A program made the position numbers and the translations under genes. Of a DNA stretch of 31,013 nt, positions 27,963-31,013 are shown one piece after another (the stretch's first letter is position 1; every line of letters starts with the position of its first letter). The DNA lies in the NCBI GenBank assembly GCA_037137535.1, contig JBAXKC010000029.1, forward strand, positions 1 through 31,013, given 5' to 3'. The DNA comes from a bacterium. GTDB lineage: Bacteria > Cyanobacteriota > Vampirovibrionia > Gastranaerophilales > JBAXKC01. The notes below the pieces were generated by a model, which did no database searches, was not told the DNA's origin, and worked only from the letters and a program-made list of their open reading frames with translations.

Positions 27963-29431
27963 TAGAAGCATTTTTCCATCATTAAGTGACCAAGTTTTGT
28001 TATATTTCCTGCACCCATTGAAATTAGCAGATCATTTTCTTCTAAATCAACAAAGACAATATTAGAAATTCTTTCTATTGAGCCGGATACATATCTGATA
28101 TTAGGGTGATTTGAATGTTCCACAAGATTTTCTGACGAAATATTCTCACGAGGCGCTTCACCTGCTGAATAAACATCACAAATATAAACAACATCAGCAT
28201 CATCAAAAGAAGCAACAAATTCATCCCAGAAATTTTCAAGCCTTGAGTATCTATGCGGTTGAAATACAGCTATAACTCTTCCTGATTTTGTTGTTTTGGT
28301 TATTTCTTTTGCTGCGCTTAAAGTTGCTTTAATTTCAGTTGGGTGGTGAGCGTAGTCATCAATGATTTTTGCTCCGTTAATTTCCCCTAAAATCTGAAAT
28401 CTACGCTTCATTCCTGTGAATTTTGTCAAAGCTTTAGTTACTTCGCTGAATTCTAATCCGTTTTCAACAGCTGCCGCAATTACTGATAATGCATTTGAAA
28501 TATTGTGTATACCTGGAACGGTAAGTTTTAATTCTCCAAGATATTCGTCATTTTTATAAACTTTACAGGTATTGTTAAAGCCGCTTAATTTTATATCTGT
28601 ACCTCTGTATTTAGCTTTAGAATGGAGTTCACTTTTTTCGTCTATGCTGTATAAAATAGCTTTATCTTTTGCAATTCTGTTTAATAATTGCAAATTTCCA
28701 GGACAATCAACGTTAAGAATAAGTTTTTGACCGTCTTTAAGTTTATTTGTATAGCATTCAAATGTAGAAATAACTTGTTCAAGTCCATCTGTATAGTGAT
28801 CAGGGTGATCATGTTCTAAATTCGTTACTATTGTGTAGTCTGGAGTATAAAATTCTATTGTTCCATCGCTTTCATCAAGTTCTGCAATAAAATAATTCCC
28901 ATTTCCGTATTTCGCATTGGTATTCATAAATGGAATTATTCCACCAACAACAACAGAGGGGGTTTTTTCACATTCTTCAAAAGCAAATGATGCCATACCA
29001 GAGGTTGTAGTCTTTCCATGAGTACCTGCCGCACCGATAGAAACTTGATTAACTCCTTCGTTAAGTCCTAACCCTTCCATTAATGCTGCTAAGAGCTGAG
29101 AACGATGGTATATCGGTAAGTTTTTGTTTAAGGCTTCCACGTATTCTGGATTGTCTGTTTTGATTGCTGAAGATGCAATTATGATGGAAGCATCACCTAT
29201 ATTTTGAGGATGATGTCCAATAAATACTGTTCCTCCAAGTTTTGTTGTCGCATTTGCATATTTGCTGTCTGCAATATCAGAGCCGCTTACTCTAAATCCC
29301 AATTCCAGTAAAAACTTTGCTAATCCGCTCATTCCAATACCACCAAGGCCGATAAAGTGAAACTTGGTTGATTTTGGTAGATTAACTGCTAATTTAAGCT
29401 CTTTCTCAATAGGGATTTTCTGATTATGCAT
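27962..29431 (-). CDS. murC: UDP-N-acetylmuramate--L-alanine ligase
   Basis: HFIGLGGIGMSGLA, AGTHGKTTTS, ELDESDG, DDYAHHPTEI, FQPHRYSR and MGAG motifs. Confidence 0.97.
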   Translation of the reverse strand: MHNQKIPIEKELKLAVNLPKSTKFHFIGLGGIGMSGLAKFLLELGFRVSGSDIADSKYANATTKLGGTVFIGHHPQNIGDASIIIASSAIKTDNPEYVEALNKNLPIYHRSQLLAALMEGLGLNEGVNQVSIGAAGTHGKTTTSGMASFAFEECEKTPSVVVGGIIPFMNTNAKYGNGNYFIAELDESDGTIEFYTPDYTIVTNLEHDHPDHYTDGLEQVISTFECYTNKLKDGQKLILNVDCPGNLQLLNRIAKDKAILYSIDEKSELHSKAKYRGTDIKLSGFNNTCKVYKNDEYLGELKLTVPGIHNISNALSVIAAAVENGLEFSEVTKALTKFTGMKRRFQILGEINGAKIIDDYAHHPTEIKATLSAAKEITKTTKSGRVIAVFQPHRYSRLENFWDEFVASFDDADVVYICDVYSAGEAPRENISSENLVEHSNHPNIRYVSGSIERISNIVFVDLEENDLLISMGAGNITKLGHLMMEKCF

Positions 29432-29762
29432 TTTCTCAACAACATCCTTCTTTTTTATTAAAACCTCTTACAGAATATTATAGTATTTAAAGATTTTTTG
29501 AGCATTAATTTTATTTAGTTTTTAGTCAACATTAATATATACTAATCGGGGGAATTTATGTGAAAATCCTTATATAATAGCTATTACAAAGTGTTTTTAC
29601 ATAAAACTAAGCTGTATATTTCATGTCTGCAAGAAGTCATCTTGTAAAAAATTGTAAATATTAATTCTTTATTCTCTTTATTTTGGCATGAAAACGATTG
29701 TTTTTTACTTATTAAAATAATAAAGAACATAATCGTGGGTTCAGTAATGGAAGGATTAAAGA

Positions 29763-30860
29763 TTGTTAAATACTTCAAATTACTCGCATAATTTAACAGC
29801 TTTTAATAGACAGCAAAATCCGATAGAAAATAATAAACTTGCATTTGGGTGCAGGATTATGGGCATGATTAAAGCTGAAGAACCAACCGTTGAAGATGAT
29901 ATAGTCAGAAAAGAATGTCTTGAAACCAATAAAGAATCTCTAAAAGCTCAAAGCACTCCGCAAGGAAATATTCAAAGAAACGGAATAAAAGAAGCATATA
30001 ATGTTGAGGATTATTTTAAAATTTATTCTCAGCGTGGCAATCCTGACGGTTGGGGTGTTTCTGCGCATTTCAGGAATTATCATGTTCCATTTATAAAGAA
30101 AAGCAAAGATTGTGCGGCTACTGATGCTAATTATGATAAAACTATTAATGATTTAATTGCTAAGCATCCAAAAGTAATCCTTGCTCATATTCGTTTGGCT
30201 TCTCCTGAATGTAAGCCTGTTTCAGAAAAAAATGCTCATCCGTTTTCTTATAAAGATTGGAGTTTTGAGCATAATGGTTTTATGGGCGGAGCATTGAAGC
30301 CTGAAATTCAAGATAAAATTAAAGGTTCATATTATTTACTGCTTGGCGACAGACCAAAAGGAAATACTGATTCTGAATCGACTTTTTATTACTTTATGGG
30401 CAAATTGAAAGAGCAACATGGCTCAACCGATACGTCTAAAATTGGCATAGAAAAAACTAAACAGACTTTTGCAGACACCCTTGTTGAGTTGTTCGATAAA
30501 ACTGATTTAAAAACATGGGATTTAGACGGAAGTGTTATGAATGTTAAAGGCAAGCTCGATCTCTCTCCGGCATGTAACATCATTTCATCTGACGGTAATA
30601 TGATTATGGCTTTCAGAAAAGGCCATGAACTTTATCTGGGCGAATATACAAACTTAAAGGGCGAACATCAATATATAGTTTCATCAGAAACTGTACAGCC
30701 TGAAAATCCGAGAGAAAGAATACATTGGGGTGAAATCCCTGATGGGCATATGGTTGTAGTTGCTAAAAACGAAAAAGGTGTTTTACAACCTGAATTTACA
30801 CCTCTTTCCTATTTGGTTCAAAATTATGACAAAATAAGAGATAAGAAGAAAGTAAAGTAA
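29763..30860 (+). CDS. Class II (Ntn) glutamine amidotransferase, YafJ/EgtC-like, with 29-aa N-terminal leader
   Basis: CRIMG, NPDGWG, AHIRLAS, NAHPF...WSFEHNG, GNTDSE and IVSSE motifs; TTG start after AAGGA; nucleophile Cys is residue 30. Confidence 0.85.
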   Translation: MLNTSNYSHNLTAFNRQQNPIENNKLAFGCRIMGMIKAEEPTVEDDIVRKECLETNKESLKAQSTPQGNIQRNGIKEAYNVEDYFKIYSQRGNPDGWGVSAHFRNYHVPFIKKSKDCAATDANYDKTINDLIAKHPKVILAHIRLASPECKPVSEKNAHPFSYKDWSFEHNGFMGGALKPEIQDKIKGSYYLLLGDRPKGNTDSESTFYYFMGKLKEQHGSTDTSKIGIEKTKQTFADTLVELFDKTDLKTWDLDGSVMNVKGKLDLSPACNIISSDGNMIMAFRKGHELYLGEYTNLKGEHQYIVSSETVQPENPRERIHWGEIPDGHMVVVAKNEKGVLQPEFTPLSYLVQNYDKIRDKKKVK

Positions 30861-30963
30861 TCAGTAATAAAGCTATTTCAATGTCTTTACTTTAGTTTTG
30901 ATTTATATTAAGTTGAAACAATTATTTTAGTAGTAATTGAGGTTATTGTTGTGACTAATATAA

Positions 30964-31013
30964 GAAGCTGTTTGGTTAAAAATGAAACAAAATCAGTAAA
31001 ATAGAGTCTATAA
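30964..31013. mobile_element. Terminal fragment of the same IS-like element, truncated by the window end
   Basis: GAAGCTGTTTGGTTAAAAA (30964-30982) preceded by TAA; inverted match to 33-51. Confidence 0.7.

Noticed and set aside
24012-30583. Short ORFs 24012-24200, 26015-26221, 29584-29778, 30389-30583
   Set aside because: Antisense shadows, or an AT-rich ORF spanning a divergent promoter region; no supporting motif.

Overview
AT-rich bacterial chromosomal segment, probably a whole contig. Both ends carry the two termini of one IS-like element (19-bp inverted repeat GAAGCTGTTTGGTTAAAAA with TAA flanks). Gene style suggests a non-photosynthetic cyanobacterial relative such as Melainabacteria/Vampirovibrionia (three-POTRA Omp85, cyanobacteria-like RpsT); this is an inference. 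Core genes: class I/II aminotransferase, hpf, bamA, frameshifted cutA, beta-carbonic anhydrase, DUF4422 glycosyltransferase, D-2-hydroxyacid dehydrogenase, rpsT, lepA-glgC-thioredoxin and murC-murB-ddl-ftsQ. Main hypothesis: seven unrelated accessory proteins begin with an Asn/Ser/Gln-rich, non-hydrophobic leader containing an x-F-[KQGAN]-G-like motif. One of them is a class II (Ntn) glutamine amidotransferase whose catalytic Cys sits directly after 'AFG', so that leader must be removed for activity. This points to a possible uncharacterised cleavable export or targeting tag, with cargo including an EDR1-like Cys-His-Asp enzyme and a three-gene membrane/GxxxG cluster. Other signals: a two-copy modular hairpin repeat; a 296-bp MITE (2-bp AT duplication) inside a decayed M48 peptidase gene; two unrelated proteins both ending GYDEP[VA]; and a zinc-ribbon/pseudocyclase/STAND/TPR protein. 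No rRNA, tRNA or CRISPR array was seen.
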